Counted from the first letter of the stretch, positions 38,939-49,190 are shown. The stretch is 64,000 nucleotides of DNA from an uncultured archaeon (GCA_964410585.1 CAYPFW010000002.1:160001-224000), one strand, 5' to 3'. The notes: generated by a model not told the origin, from the sequence alone. Translations and numbers: made by a program.

Positions 38939-39556
38939 TCATATCGTTTCCTCCCAAATATTTTTTATTTCTTCAGATTCAACAACATATGCAAAATGTA
39001 CGCCAAGAATTTTCAGGGTTGTTGTGTGCAAATTTTCCCTTTCCTTAATTGTCGCAACAAGATCTTCTGCCAAAACAACATTGAACCCTTTGCTGAAAGC
39101 AGATCTCACTGTTGTGTCAACGCAAACATTTGTTGTAAACCCTGCAACTATTATGTTTTCAATATCCTTTTCCCTCAAAATCTTTTCCAATTCAGGGTTT
39201 GTGAAAGCGTCGTATTGGTTCTTCTCCAAAACAACATCTTCTTGTGAAGGTTGGATTTCATAAAAATCATGTCCCCAGCTTCCTGGTTTTGCGAAAAAGC
39301 TTCCATGAGTGAGTTCCATTTTCTTCCGAAGATTCTCAGGAAGCTGGTCTCGGTGTTCAGTCATTTTTGTGTATATGATTGGCAAGCCCTTGTTTTTTGC
39401 ATTTTGAACAAATTCTTTTATTTTTGGAATTGCTTTTTGCAGCGGGCTTACATCCACACCAAGATTTTTTGAAAAAAATCCTTTGCTTGAGCAGTAGTCG
39501 TTTTGTGGATCAATCACAATCACTGCTGTTTTTTCAGGTTTCACAAATTCTTTCAT
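38939..39556 (-). CDS. Isochorismatase/cysteine hydrolase family
   Basis: IDPQNDY, EK..YDAF, G..TNVCV triad. Confidence 0.9.
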   Translation of the reverse strand: MKEFVKPEKTAVIVIDPQNDYCSSKGFFSKNLGVDVSPLQKAIPKIKEFVQNAKNKGLPIIYTKMTEHRDQLPENLRKKMELTHGSFFAKPGSWGHDFYEIQPSQEDVVLEKNQYDAFTNPELEKILREKDIENIIVAGFTTNVCVDTTVRSAFSKGFNVVLAEDLVATIKERENLHTTTLKILGVHFAYVVESEEIKNIWEETI

Positions 39557-41229
39557 ATTTTCCTCCTTGACTGGTCTATTTTTCCATAAGCCATCCAATC
39601 ATTTGCGAAAATCATTCTGCTTCTTGCATCTACATCTTTCACATCGTGTGGTTCTTGGTGAGCACTTCCATAGAAGTGTGTTGCGCCTAAATTGTAAAGT
39701 TCAGGATTTCTTCTAGACCACCTCCAGAGTGTGTACAGTGCACCTTCTCCCATAAAGCCGCCTTTTGAACCGCTATATGTCAAAGGCTTCCAATCTGTTG
39801 CTGAAACCTCTCTTTCCCATTTTTCTTTTACTTCTTGGTATTCTCTGTCTGATCTGATTATAGCTTCAACAACTTTTCCTCCACCTGTTGTTTCTCTGAC
39901 AGGGAGTTTTTTTACATCAACAACTTCGTCTGGTATAAGGCCTCTAATTGCTTGTTTTAAAAGCAATTTTGTATCAAAAGAGCCATCTGGAAGTTCCCTA
40001 TATTTTTGATATTCTGGAATTTTTCTACAAGCATCTAAAATCCTTTCAAATGGAGCTCTGTTTTCAACTCCATGTCTTCCAAGCACCCAAGTGTTTCTTA
40101 CATATTCATTTTCCCCTATCTGTGTGATCAGAGAATCTGTGTTTCTTTCTCTGTTTGGGAACATGTAAACCCAAGGATAGCCAACAAGAGCCTCGTCTGG
40201 TCCACCCGCTGTCATCACAACTTTTGCGCCGAGGTCTCTTGCTTTTCTTGCAAAAAGATCCTCTGGCAAAGCGCAAGCCAAGTTTGGGTAGCTTGGTCCT
40301 AAAACATCTAAAAGCCTGTCTATGTTTTCTTCGCCGTATTCTGTTGTCAAAACCTCAACATGATGTGGGATATGTATTCCAGATTCTCTTCTGTATTTTT
40401 CTAAAACAGATCTTGCTCCTGGAAGGTCTCCGCCTTCTGGGTTTCCATCATGTACAACTGTGATACATCCTAAAAATCTGTCGCGGAGTTCCTTTGCAAC
40501 TAAATATGATAAAGTAGAACTGTCCTTTCCACCTAAAGCAACAACCAGTGGGCTTTTCCCATCTCCTTCTGGAATTCTCGCACTTGTTGCTTGTTCAACA
40601 ATTTCTCTGAATTCTTCTGGGCTCACTTCCTTTCTTTCTCCAAGCTCTTCAAAAGAGGGAACATCTGCCCAAAGTTTCAATTCAGCTTTTCCATCTCTAA
40701 CCTTTGCATATGCTCCCGGAGGAACAATTCTCAAACTTCTATATGAAAATCCTGCATTTGTTAAAGCCTGGCTCTCGCTTGCAAATCCAACTCTTCCATT
40801 TTCCTCTGCATAGCAAAGTGGGAACAAACCGTGTTTGTCCCTTGCAGCTACATATTCTCCGTTTATTCGTCCAAAAAATCCAAAATTGGCATCAGCTTCT
40901 CTCAACCCTTCCACACCTTTCTTTTTCACCAATCTCAAAAGAAGCTCTGTGTCATTTGCTGCTTCCAATCCATATTTTTCTGAAAGCTCTCTCCAATTGT
41001 AAACTTCATGGTTTGCTGTGATCACGTTTTGTCCTTCTCTCAAAGGCTGTGGATTTTTTCCTGGCCTAACTATCGGGAGGTGTGCATGTCCAAGAGCAAG
41101 ATCCTCTTCTACATACGTATCTGTTCCATATGGTCCTCTTGCCTCTACTCCTTTGAGTCCCTTTTGCAAATCAGATAATTGCTCCTCCCTGCTTCCACAA
41201 TTCCCACACAAACCAACTATTCCGCACAT
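39553..41229 (-). CDS. Asparagine synthetase B-like glutamine amidotransferase (divergent)
   Basis: MCGIVG Ntn start, RGP, N.EVYN, ARD..G..P, GGKDSS, G.DE..GY. Confidence 0.85.
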   Translation of the reverse strand: MCGIVGLCGNCGSREEQLSDLQKGLKGVEARGPYGTDTYVEEDLALGHAHLPIVRPGKNPQPLREGQNVITANHEVYNWRELSEKYGLEAANDTELLLRLVKKKGVEGLREADANFGFFGRINGEYVAARDKHGLFPLCYAEENGRVGFASESQALTNAGFSYRSLRIVPPGAYAKVRDGKAELKLWADVPSFEELGERKEVSPEEFREIVEQATSARIPEGDGKSPLVVALGGKDSSTLSYLVAKELRDRFLGCITVVHDGNPEGGDLPGARSVLEKYRRESGIHIPHHVEVLTTEYGEENIDRLLDVLGPSYPNLACALPEDLFARKARDLGAKVVMTAGGPDEALVGYPWVYMFPNRERNTDSLITQIGENEYVRNTWVLGRHGVENRAPFERILDACRKIPEYQKYRELPDGSFDTKLLLKQAIRGLIPDEVVDVKKLPVRETTGGGKVVEAIIRSDREYQEVKEKWEREVSATDWKPLTYSGSKGGFMGEGALYTLWRWSRRNPELYNLGATHFYGSAHQEPHDVKDVDARSRMIFANDWMAYGKIDQSRRKI

Positions 41230-41232
41230 AGT

Positions 41233-41841
41233 TTAGTCACCTTCAATCTCAAACTCTTTTTGCAATGCTCTGTATGTTGGTTCGTCCATTTTTCTCATTG
41301 TAATTAAATTCAATTCGTCTCTTCTGTTATGTCTCCAAAGTTCTAAAGCCACAGGATCTTTGTCAATAGTATCTTGAGTTTGTTCATGGAATTCATAGTG
41401 TTTATCTAATGTCAGGAAACGAGGATTAGGGCTTACCCAGACATCCGAACCGTCTTCTCCTTCTTCCCATCCACCACACACTTGTTCAAAGCGATATAGG
41501 TGAACATCAACATCGTTAATACTTTGTTGGCATGAATTGATTTCTGGAATACCTGATTCCCCCCAATACTTCCTACTTTTATCTGTCATGTCAATTGCTC
41601 TTTGCCTAGCCGATTCTACTAGAAACTGTTTAACGTCTTTAGGCGTTGACGGATGTTCAATCATTGATGCTAAATTGCTTGGACTGTAAAAGGCCTCCCA
41701 TCCAGCTTTTGAATTCTCTAAATTTTCTCTGTATTCATTCCAAGCAGCAAGTGACCTTTGCATTGGTTCCAAACCGCTAAACTTTTTACTTTTTAATCTA
41801 TACAAAGCACACGGTGTTCTATAATCTGTTTGTATTGTCAT
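41233..41841 (-). CDS. Hypothetical protein
   Basis: 202 aa, GGAGGT SD, operonic spacing. Confidence 0.7.
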   Translation of the reverse strand: MTIQTDYRTPCALYRLKSKKFSGLEPMQRSLAAWNEYRENLENSKAGWEAFYSPSNLASMIEHPSTPKDVKQFLVESARQRAIDMTDKSRKYWGESGIPEINSCQQSINDVDVHLYRFEQVCGGWEEGEDGSDVWVSPNPRFLTLDKHYEFHEQTQDTIDKDPVALELWRHNRRDELNLITMRKMDEPTYRALQKEFEIEGD

Positions 41842-41844
41842 ACT

Positions 41845-42024
41845 CTAAGCACCTCCCCAACCAATCATCCTGTACTGCGTTTTTGTGTCTTCCCAAGGAT
41901 GTGTTCTACTTTCCCCTGCCATTCTTTGCCCAAGTTCAAATGGACCAACTTTAAACCCAACATTTGGGTTTGGTCTTTGATTTGCGTCCTCATCGAACGG
42001 TGATCTTATGTCATCTCCTACCAT
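41845..42024 (-). CDS. 59-aa small protein (not in ORF track)
   Basis: AAGGGGG SD; MVGDDIRSPFDEDANQRPNPNVGFKVGPFELGQRMAGESRTHPWEDTKTQYRMIGWGGA; stop 3 nt before next ATG. Confidence 0.6.
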   Translation of the reverse strand: MVGDDIRSPFDEDANQRPNPNVGFKVGPFELGQRMAGESRTHPWEDTKTQYRMIGWGGA

Positions 42025-42280
42025 ATTGAAACCCCCTTAATTGCCCAGCGCTCATCTTTGTCTCCTGCGTTGCAAGAGACAATCTCGCTGTATTTTGTTA
42101 TCACTTTCTGATAACTACTTAATCTATAGAATGGGTACATATCAAACTTTGTTTTAGTTTTTTGTCTAAATGAGGAAAAGTATATAAGTAAAATCGATAA
42201 ATTAGTTACATAGAGAGAAAATAGTGGACTAAATATAGAACTACGAAGCTTTGGTACTGTGGCCACTAAAAGAATGACTT

Positions 42281-43252
42281 ATGAAGGAATTAGACAAAAA
42301 AGACTGGAAGCTCCTATACCACCTATGCCAAGATGCGAGGCTTAGCCACAGCAAGCTAGCAAAGTTAGTCGGCCTGAGCAAAAATGCAGTCACATACAGG
42401 ATAGAAAGGCTAAAAGAAAAAGGAATAATCAAGAAATTTTTCACAGTAGTAAACTATGATACCCTTGGATACAAGTCATTTAATGTCTTGTTAAGACTAA
42501 ATGCAACAAAAGAACAGGAAAAGGAAATTATATCTTATTTGGCTTCAAATCAAAACATATCTGTTCTGGACAGTTTAGTTGGCGAATGGAATTTGTTTGT
42601 AGAATTTGGCTGTAAAAATTTAGATGTTTTTTACGATTTTATATCAGAATTAAAATCCAAATTTTCTCCAATTCTGGATACATATGAAATCCACTTCACT
42701 CTTTTTCCGTACAAGGTCGAGCAGCTGCCTGTTGAACTTGTTGAAGAAAAACAACAGCCAAAGCCTTTCATAAAGGGAAAAGATGCAAAAGTAGATGAAA
42801 CAGATTTGAAACTTTTGTCAGAGCTGGACAAAAACAGCACAGCTACTTTGTTTGAATTAGCAAAATCTCTTGGGATAACATATGAAACAGTTTCAGCTAG
42901 AATAAAAAAACTAAAATCCAGCAACATTATCCTTAAAATAACAGCACAGATAAGCCTTGGGTCTCTTGGTTATGACGTTTACTTGTTGATTCTGGATATG
43001 AGAAACTTCACCCAGGAAAGAGAGGCAGAGCTACGCGGTTACATTAATGGCCAAAAAAATATAAGGTATGCTTTTCTGAGTGCCACAAAACCTGTTCTGT
43101 TCATTTATCTTGCTGTAAAAAAATCAGAAGAGTTGAATACATTTTTGCTCAATACAAAAGAAAAATTCGCAGATGTTATTGTCAATCAAAAATATTTGTT
43201 GAGCCCTGAAAATTTGAAATATAGCCTGTTTCCAGAGGGATTGATAAAATAG
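42281..43252 (+). CDS. Tandem Lrp/AsnC transcriptional regulator
   Basis: Two HTH-AsnC units (LDKKD.., VDETD..). Confidence 0.85.
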   Translation: MKELDKKDWKLLYHLCQDARLSHSKLAKLVGLSKNAVTYRIERLKEKGIIKKFFTVVNYDTLGYKSFNVLLRLNATKEQEKEIISYLASNQNISVLDSLVGEWNLFVEFGCKNLDVFYDFISELKSKFSPILDTYEIHFTLFPYKVEQLPVELVEEKQQPKPFIKGKDAKVDETDLKLLSELDKNSTATLFELAKSLGITYETVSARIKKLKSSNIILKITAQISLGSLGYDVYLLILDMRNFTQEREAELRGYINGQKNIRYAFLSATKPVLFIYLAVKKSEELNTFLLNTKEKFADVIVNQKYLLSPENLKYSLFPEGLIK

Positions 43253-43285
43253 AATTTATTCCTCTACTACAATAGATGTGTGTTT

Positions 43286-44317
43286 ATGCAAACTAACGAA
43301 ATCAAAAAAATCGCCGAGAACATAGCCACAGCAGAATCTGGCAGACGAAGCCTTGGCGAGTTTGTGAAAAAAATAAGTCCGCAGTTTGATCTGGTAAAAA
43401 ATGTAGAGCCTGCAAATTTAGAAAACATAAAAATCGCTGGCATTGATGGGGGGATTGTCAAAACCACTCTACATGGCTACGATCTCATACTTGCCCGCGC
43501 AGTTGGTGTCTGCTTTAATTTCAAAAACGGAAGAATTGAAAAAGTTGATTATTTTCCCTCAAAATTCCCGCCATCAAAACCTTTCACACTAGAAGCTTCT
43601 TCTGAAGTTGATTTCATGTATTTTTCTTCTATTGTGCGCCAGCTGCTGGAAATCCAAAGAGCAATTGATTGTATAGAAAAATTCAAGCCTGAAATCCTTC
43701 TTTTAGACGGTTCAATTGTCCCCCATTACATGTCAAAACCATCAAAAACATCGGTTGTATACACTGAATATGAAAAACTTTTAGACCTATATAAAAAGTT
43801 ATACGAAAAAATTGAAGAGTCAGGAACATTTTTAGCTGGTGTTGTTGAAGATTCAAGGAATGACAGGTTTTGCAAACTGCTTGGAAAATTTATTTTGCCC
43901 AAAATAGAAAATCAATCCTTCAGCGGTTTATTGGAAAGAAGCAGGGACACAAACCTCTTGTTTTGGGTTCTCGACAAAAACGAGCGCACGCAAACATTTT
44001 CATATTCAGAAGACGAAAACCTAAACCAAAAAGAACTCAACAAAAACGTCTATTCGTTTTATATAAAAACAGCAAAATACGATAGGCCAGTTCGTGTTGA
44101 TTTTTTGGACAAGGAAAAAGAAGATTTCATTGCATCTGTTTTACTTTCAATAACAGGTCAGCACAGTGGATATGGCTTCCCTACAGTGCTTATAGAGGCA
44201 GACAATGTTGCCAAACTCTCTGAGCAAGAAATAGACAACTTCTATTCCTTTATTTTGAAATACACGGGAAATCTACCAAGTATTATGCGTTTGAGAAGAG
44301 ACCAAAGACCATTTTGA
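43286..44317 (+). CDS. nurA: DNA double-strand break repair nuclease NurA
   Basis: IAGIDGG, LLLDGS, GVVEDS, GFP.VLIEAD..AK. Confidence 0.85.
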   Translation: MQTNEIKKIAENIATAESGRRSLGEFVKKISPQFDLVKNVEPANLENIKIAGIDGGIVKTTLHGYDLILARAVGVCFNFKNGRIEKVDYFPSKFPPSKPFTLEASSEVDFMYFSSIVRQLLEIQRAIDCIEKFKPEILLLDGSIVPHYMSKPSKTSVVYTEYEKLLDLYKKLYEKIEESGTFLAGVVEDSRNDRFCKLLGKFILPKIENQSFSGLLERSRDTNLLFWVLDKNERTQTFSYSEDENLNQKELNKNVYSFYIKTAKYDRPVRVDFLDKEKEDFIASVLLSITGQHSGYGFPTVLIEADNVAKLSEQEIDNFYSFILKYTGNLPSIMRLRRDQRPF

Positions 44318-44379
44318 TTTTGTATTGTAGTTTCTTTTGGGATACCTTACCACTTTTCTTTTCTAAAGAAAAGGGGTAG
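44318..44379 (-). repeat. Dispersed repeat family 1 after the nurA stop
   Basis: rc CTACCCCTTTTCTTTAGAAAAGAAAAGTGGTAAGGTATCCCAAAAGAAACTACAATACAAA. Confidence 0.9.
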
Positions 44380-44436
44380 TACACCGGAAATTTGCCAAGC
44401 ATAGTGCGATTGAGAAGGGATCAGAGACCTTTTTAG
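44380..44436 (+). pseudogene. Second, recoded copy of the last 19 nurA codons
   Basis: Encodes YTGNLPSIVRLRRDQRPF* versus YTGNLPSIMRLRRDQRPF* at 44261-44317. Confidence 0.9.
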
Positions 44437-44488
44437 GGCAAAACCAGTTGAACAAGGTGCTTTTATTTTTATCTATTGTATATATTAT

Positions 44489-46462
44489 ATGAGGCCATTT
44501 ATCATATCGTTTGTTGCGCTTTTGATTTTAGTAGTTTCAGTAGCTGCAGCCCCAATAATCACAATTCACTCACCACAGCAAAACCAGGTTCTAAATACAT
44601 CAACTGTTTTTATCAACGTTTCCTCAAACTCAACTGCAAACTTTACATACACAATTGATGCAGCCGCTTTCGATGTTTTGGGCACAAACACAACATTGGC
44701 TTCAACATCAATCAATACGTCGGAGGGTTTGCACACCCTAACAGTAAAAGCAAAAGACTCAACAGGAAATACAACAACATCTGTAAGCTTTTTCGTTGAT
44801 TCGACCCTACCTTTGGTCACATTGAATTTCCCTGAAAACAATTCTAATTTCCAAACACAGCAAGCCAATTTCATTTTCACCGCCTCAGATAATTTAGCAA
44901 GTTCCTTAGCATGTTCATTTTCAATAGATGGAAAAGAAAAACAGACAAAGGTTTTAGTTAATCCCCAAAAAGCCGAGTTCGCAGAAATTGTTTCTGAGGG
45001 AAACCACAATTGGTCAATATCTTGTAAAGATCAAGCAGGAAATACAAGAACACAAAGCAGGATATTTTCAGTTGATTCTATTTGTGGAATAAACACGTAT
45101 AACATTGGTGTGCAAAACAATTTGATAACATTTTTTGTAAAAAATACAGGAACAAAGGATTACTTCGCTGAATATACAGTAAAAGTAAATCTAGACCAAA
45201 TTGTAAAGGATTTTGTGCAAGTCAAGGTCGGTGAATCAAAGCTTGTCCAAAGAAATTTCCAATTTGAGGACAATAAAGATTACTTGATAGAGTCTTTTGT
45301 AAAATCAGACTGTGGAATGGAAGATAGTTTATCAGTGCAATACAAAAAAGTAGGTCCTGTCTGCACAAATCCAGACGGTTTTACAAGCGAAATAAAATGT
45401 GATGCAGCAAATAGAAGGATGATACAGTGCTTGACAGGTGGTCAGTGGTCAGAATATAGTAAAGAGCAATACCTATATTGCAATTCTTGTTCACATTGTG
45501 GGGATGGTTTGATAAATTGTGGTGAAACAGAATCGACATGTCAACAAGACTACAGGCTTCAGGCCTCGTGTGATTGTTTGAACAAGCGACAGGTTGTTGG
45601 CTCAACTGTAATAACTGGTTCAAATTTCTACAACTCGTGTAGGGGTGTCTGCAACTTAGATTGCTCTTCGGATTTTGAATGTCCGAGTGGATTTTGCTCA
45701 GATTTCAAGTGCGGAATACGCCCGGGATCTTGCCAACTATCTTTGGATGATTTGGAATACAACTTGCAGGCAGGGGTCAATTCAACTTCATATATACTAG
45801 CAAAAGCAAAAAACATTGGCCAAATCCCAACAAATGTGACACTGACCTTGAAAGTTGATGGTAACCAATATAACCAATCTACCTTCCCTCTGGCTGCTTT
45901 AGAAGAAGCATTGAAAACTTTTTACTATTCTCTAACCCAAGTAGGAAATCACAAAGTTTCTTTGGATACAAGTGCATCTTGCGGTTTTTCTCAAACAAAA
46001 GAAGTTGATGTTGAAGTTGTTAACAAAACAATCACTTCTATAAACCTAGATGTTCCAGCTGTCACAATAGTTGATTTGGATCCTCTTTCAATAACAGCCA
46101 ATCAAGGCAGTGACAGCACATTTAAAATAAGCATCAAAACAACAAGACCACAGACATTTGTTTTGAATATTTCTGGAGTCCCGGAAAGCTGGCTGTCTTA
46201 CCCAAGTATTATTGGAACAGGAAGGGAGCGGGATGTTTATGTTCATTTGCTTGCAAGAAATTCTGGTGAATACAATTTATCTATTTCAGTTTTAGGCGAA
46301 ACCCAAGAATTCAAATTCAATCCACAAGTAGTTGTCATTGAACCAGAAACAATTGGAGAAAGGGAACTTATTTTGGCTCTTTCTGTGATTGCAGTTTTGT
46401 TCATAGCTGTCCTGTACTTTGCTTTCAAAAGGTTCGAACATGAAGAATTTGAGTACGATTAA
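44489..46462 (+). CDS. Membrane-anchored Ig-like/CARDB and Cys-rich surface protein
   Basis: Signal peptide, EG.H...V.A.D..GN Ig motifs, CGDG..NCGE, C-terminal TM. Confidence 0.75.
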   Translation: MRPFIISFVALLILVVSVAAAPIITIHSPQQNQVLNTSTVFINVSSNSTANFTYTIDAAAFDVLGTNTTLASTSINTSEGLHTLTVKAKDSTGNTTTSVSFFVDSTLPLVTLNFPENNSNFQTQQANFIFTASDNLASSLACSFSIDGKEKQTKVLVNPQKAEFAEIVSEGNHNWSISCKDQAGNTRTQSRIFSVDSICGINTYNIGVQNNLITFFVKNTGTKDYFAEYTVKVNLDQIVKDFVQVKVGESKLVQRNFQFEDNKDYLIESFVKSDCGMEDSLSVQYKKVGPVCTNPDGFTSEIKCDAANRRMIQCLTGGQWSEYSKEQYLYCNSCSHCGDGLINCGETESTCQQDYRLQASCDCLNKRQVVGSTVITGSNFYNSCRGVCNLDCSSDFECPSGFCSDFKCGIRPGSCQLSLDDLEYNLQAGVNSTSYILAKAKNIGQIPTNVTLTLKVDGNQYNQSTFPLAALEEALKTFYYSLTQVGNHKVSLDTSASCGFSQTKEVDVEVVNKTITSINLDVPAVTIVDLDPLSITANQGSDSTFKISIKTTRPQTFVLNISGVPESWLSYPSIIGTGRERDVYVHLLARNSGEYNLSISVLGETQEFKFNPQVVVIEPETIGERELILALSVIAVLFIAVLYFAFKRFEHEEFEYD

Positions 46463-46661
46463 GCCCTTTACTAAAAGGCTTATGCCAGTGAGAGCTGGAA
46501 ACTGATCCGCTGATCAGTTTCGGTTTCCGCGGAGGCTAAAATTTGCTGCGCTGCGGCTTGAAAATTTTTACGCCTTCCATGACCTTTTATCCTAAAAGGT
46601 CAATCAAAACAGGAGGCTAAAAAATTGCTCATTTCGATTCGCAATTTTTTTACGCTTTCCA
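46461..46661 (+). repeat. Two tandem family-2 repeats (46461-46579, 46581-46661)
   Basis: Each has a CCYTTT/AAAAGG hairpin then GGAGGC-TA..T-TA-C-GCYTTCCA; first copy carries an extra GAAACTGATC/GATCAGTTTC hairpin. Confidence 0.8.
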
Positions 46662-46699
46662 CTAATTCAATATATACTAATTCTAACAAAATAACATAT

Positions 46700-47881
46700 A
46701 TGAAAACCAGAAAAATCTGTAAGATCCCAATTTCTGAGAGGGAGTTAGAACTTCCCAAAACACAGTTTGTCCAAATAATGAAAATCGCAGAAGAAGCAAA
46801 AGATATTATTTCTCTAGGTCCAGGCGAGCCTGATTTTGATACACCAAAACACATCAGAGACTTTGCAAAGAAAAAACTAGATGAGGGAAAAACACACTAC
46901 ACAGCAATTGGTGGAATGTCAGAAGTAAAAGAAGCTTTTGCAAAAAAACTTAAAAGGGAAAACAAAGTTTCTGTTGATCCTGAATCGCAGATCATAGTCA
47001 CAGTCGGTGCAAAAGAAGCAATCCTTCTGTCTCTCATGTCGCTTTTAGATCCTGGAGAATCTGCAGTTGTCCCAAATCCAGGATATGTAGCCTACATTCC
47101 TATAATAGATACCTTGAATGGCAAACCAATTTCTATACAACTAAAACCAGAAGAAAATTTTGAATATGATTTGGACAAAGTTAAAAAACAAATCACAGAC
47201 AAAACAACTCTATTGATTTTGAATTCGCCTTCAAACCCTACAGGAACTGTTTTTTCCAAGAAAAAGTTGGAGGAGATAGCAGACTTTGCAAGAGATAATT
47301 GTTTGATTGTTCTTTCAGACGAAGCTTATGAAAAATTTGTTTACGATGGTGAAAGGCACATAAGCATTGGAAGTTTGAATGGAATGGAAAGTCATGTTGT
47401 CAGTATTTTTTCTTTCTCAAAAACATATGCAATGCCTGGCTTTCGTGTTGGTTATGCAGCAGGTCCAAAAGACATAATAGAGGCAATGACGCGACTCAAA
47501 CTTGGATCAACATTGTCGACGCCTACTGTTTCCCAACTTGCTGCAAAATATGCTCTGGAAAGTTCGCAGGCTTCTGTTTCACACATGTTGAAAGAATATA
47601 CAAGAAGGCGCACTCTGATTTACAAAAGAGTTAGGGAGATAGGTTTTGAGTGCCAAAAACCAAAAGGAGCCTTCTATCTTTTCCCATCAATAAAAAATTT
47701 CGGTCTTTCGTCTGTTGAGTTTTCAAAATTCCTTTTGGAAAAAGCCAAAGTGTTGGTTGTCCCAGGAACTGAATTCGGAAAATATGGAGAAGGTTTTGTC
47801 AGGATGTCCTACGCAACTGAATATCACAAGATAGAAGAGGCTATGGATAGGATTGAGAAGGCTGTGAAAAAGCTAAACTAA
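46700..47881 (+). CDS. PLP-dependent aminotransferase class I/II (AspB-like)
   Basis: GEPDF, NSPSNPTG, SDEAY, SFSKTYAMPGFRVG. Confidence 0.92.
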   Translation: MKTRKICKIPISERELELPKTQFVQIMKIAEEAKDIISLGPGEPDFDTPKHIRDFAKKKLDEGKTHYTAIGGMSEVKEAFAKKLKRENKVSVDPESQIIVTVGAKEAILLSLMSLLDPGESAVVPNPGYVAYIPIIDTLNGKPISIQLKPEENFEYDLDKVKKQITDKTTLLILNSPSNPTGTVFSKKKLEEIADFARDNCLIVLSDEAYEKFVYDGERHISIGSLNGMESHVVSIFSFSKTYAMPGFRVGYAAGPKDIIEAMTRLKLGSTLSTPTVSQLAAKYALESSQASVSHMLKEYTRRRTLIYKRVREIGFECQKPKGAFYLFPSIKNFGLSSVEFSKFLLEKAKVLVVPGTEFGKYGEGFVRMSYATEYHKIEEAMDRIEKAVKKLN

Positions 47882-47908
47882 TTTATATTTTTTGTTCCTA
47901 TCTAAATT

Positions 47909-48643
47909 ATGGCAAAAATAGGTATTATAGGCGGCTCTGGTCTTGATGATCCAAAAATTTTGGAGGATTTTCAAGAAAAAGATGTAGACACACCATACGG
48001 CAAACCTTCTTCCAAACTAACTTGCGGAAAACTTTCTGGTGTTGATGTTGTTGTTTTGGCTCGACACGGGAAAGGTCACACGATCATGCCGACAAAAGTG
48101 AATTTCCGCGCAAACATTTGGGCTCTAAAACAGCAAGGCTGTACACATATTTTGGCGGCAACAGCTGTTGGTTCTCTTAGAGAAGAAATAAAACCTGGAA
48201 ATTTGGTTTTCCCAAACCAATTCATTGATTTCACAAAACACAGGACACTTACTTTTCACGAAGAAAAAGTCGTCCATACACCAATGGCAGAGCCCTTTGA
48301 CAAAAAGCTGAGAGAGCTTCTTGTGAAAACCTGCGAAAAACTCGGTTTCCCATACAACACAGACAAAACAGTAATCACAATAGAGGGACCAAGATTTTCA
48401 ACAAAAGCAGAATCAAAAATGTTTAGGCTTCTTGGCGCAGACATAATCAATATGTCTACATGCCCTGAGGTTATTTTGGCAAATGAATTGGAAATACCAT
48501 ATCAATCAATTGCAATGTCGACTGATTTCGATAGTTGGAAAGAAGGCGAAGAACCTGTTACATGGGACATGATCAAGGAAAGAATGCACCAAAATTCTGA
48601 GAAAGTGAAAAAATTGTTGACAGAAGTTGTTGGAAAGATATAA
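47909..48643 (+). CDS. mtnP: S-methyl-5'-thioadenosine phosphorylase
   Basis: IGIIGGSG, RHG..H, EGPRFST.AES, NMS..PE, TDFD. Confidence 0.9.
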   Translation: MAKIGIIGGSGLDDPKILEDFQEKDVDTPYGKPSSKLTCGKLSGVDVVVLARHGKGHTIMPTKVNFRANIWALKQQGCTHILAATAVGSLREEIKPGNLVFPNQFIDFTKHRTLTFHEEKVVHTPMAEPFDKKLRELLVKTCEKLGFPYNTDKTVITIEGPRFSTKAESKMFRLLGADIINMSTCPEVILANELEIPYQSIAMSTDFDSWKEGEEPVTWDMIKERMHQNSEKVKKLLTEVVGKI

Positions 48644-48645
48644 TT

Positions 48646-49077
48646 ATGCAATATCCAAAGCAAAGAATAGAGCCGGTTGGTTTGTTTGAACTTTACAAAT
48701 TAGAAGAGGTTGGTGAATTTGATAAAAATAGTTTGAGAGATAGGCTTAGTCAAATACAAAAGGATTTGGATCGTGTCTGCGAATTTGATTTGAGAAATCC
48801 ATTGACCTCTTATATTTTTTGCTCGATTGTTGTCAGAAAAGTTGGTTTTCAGTCTTGTGAGTATGAAGATATTAAAGATGATCCCTCACTAATTTGGTTG
48901 CTAAGGGGAAATTTTAGCATTCTTGATCTAGGAACAAGAGACCAACAAATAGAAAGTTTTAAGAAAAATTATATGAGAGCTCTTAAGTCTGCACCTGAAA
49001 GATTGGATGGGACTTATCCTATTTCAATAGAAATAGATATAGACGGATGTATAGATGTTGTTAGAACACAGCTCTGA
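48646..49077 (+). CDS. Hypothetical protein
   Basis: 143-aa ORF 2 nt after mtnP. Confidence 0.55.
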   Translation: MQYPKQRIEPVGLFELYKLEEVGEFDKNSLRDRLSQIQKDLDRVCEFDLRNPLTSYIFCSIVVRKVGFQSCEYEDIKDDPSLIWLLRGNFSILDLGTRDQQIESFKKNYMRALKSAPERLDGTYPISIEIDIDGCIDVVRTQL

Positions 49078-49190
49078 AATTGGTAAAGACTTATGGCTAA
49101 TAACAAAGGATTGCTTGTTGTATAATTTGGCTATAAAAGAGCTATGTTTTGAACAGAGTTAATTTATATGTTTAACTACCAACTAGTGAA

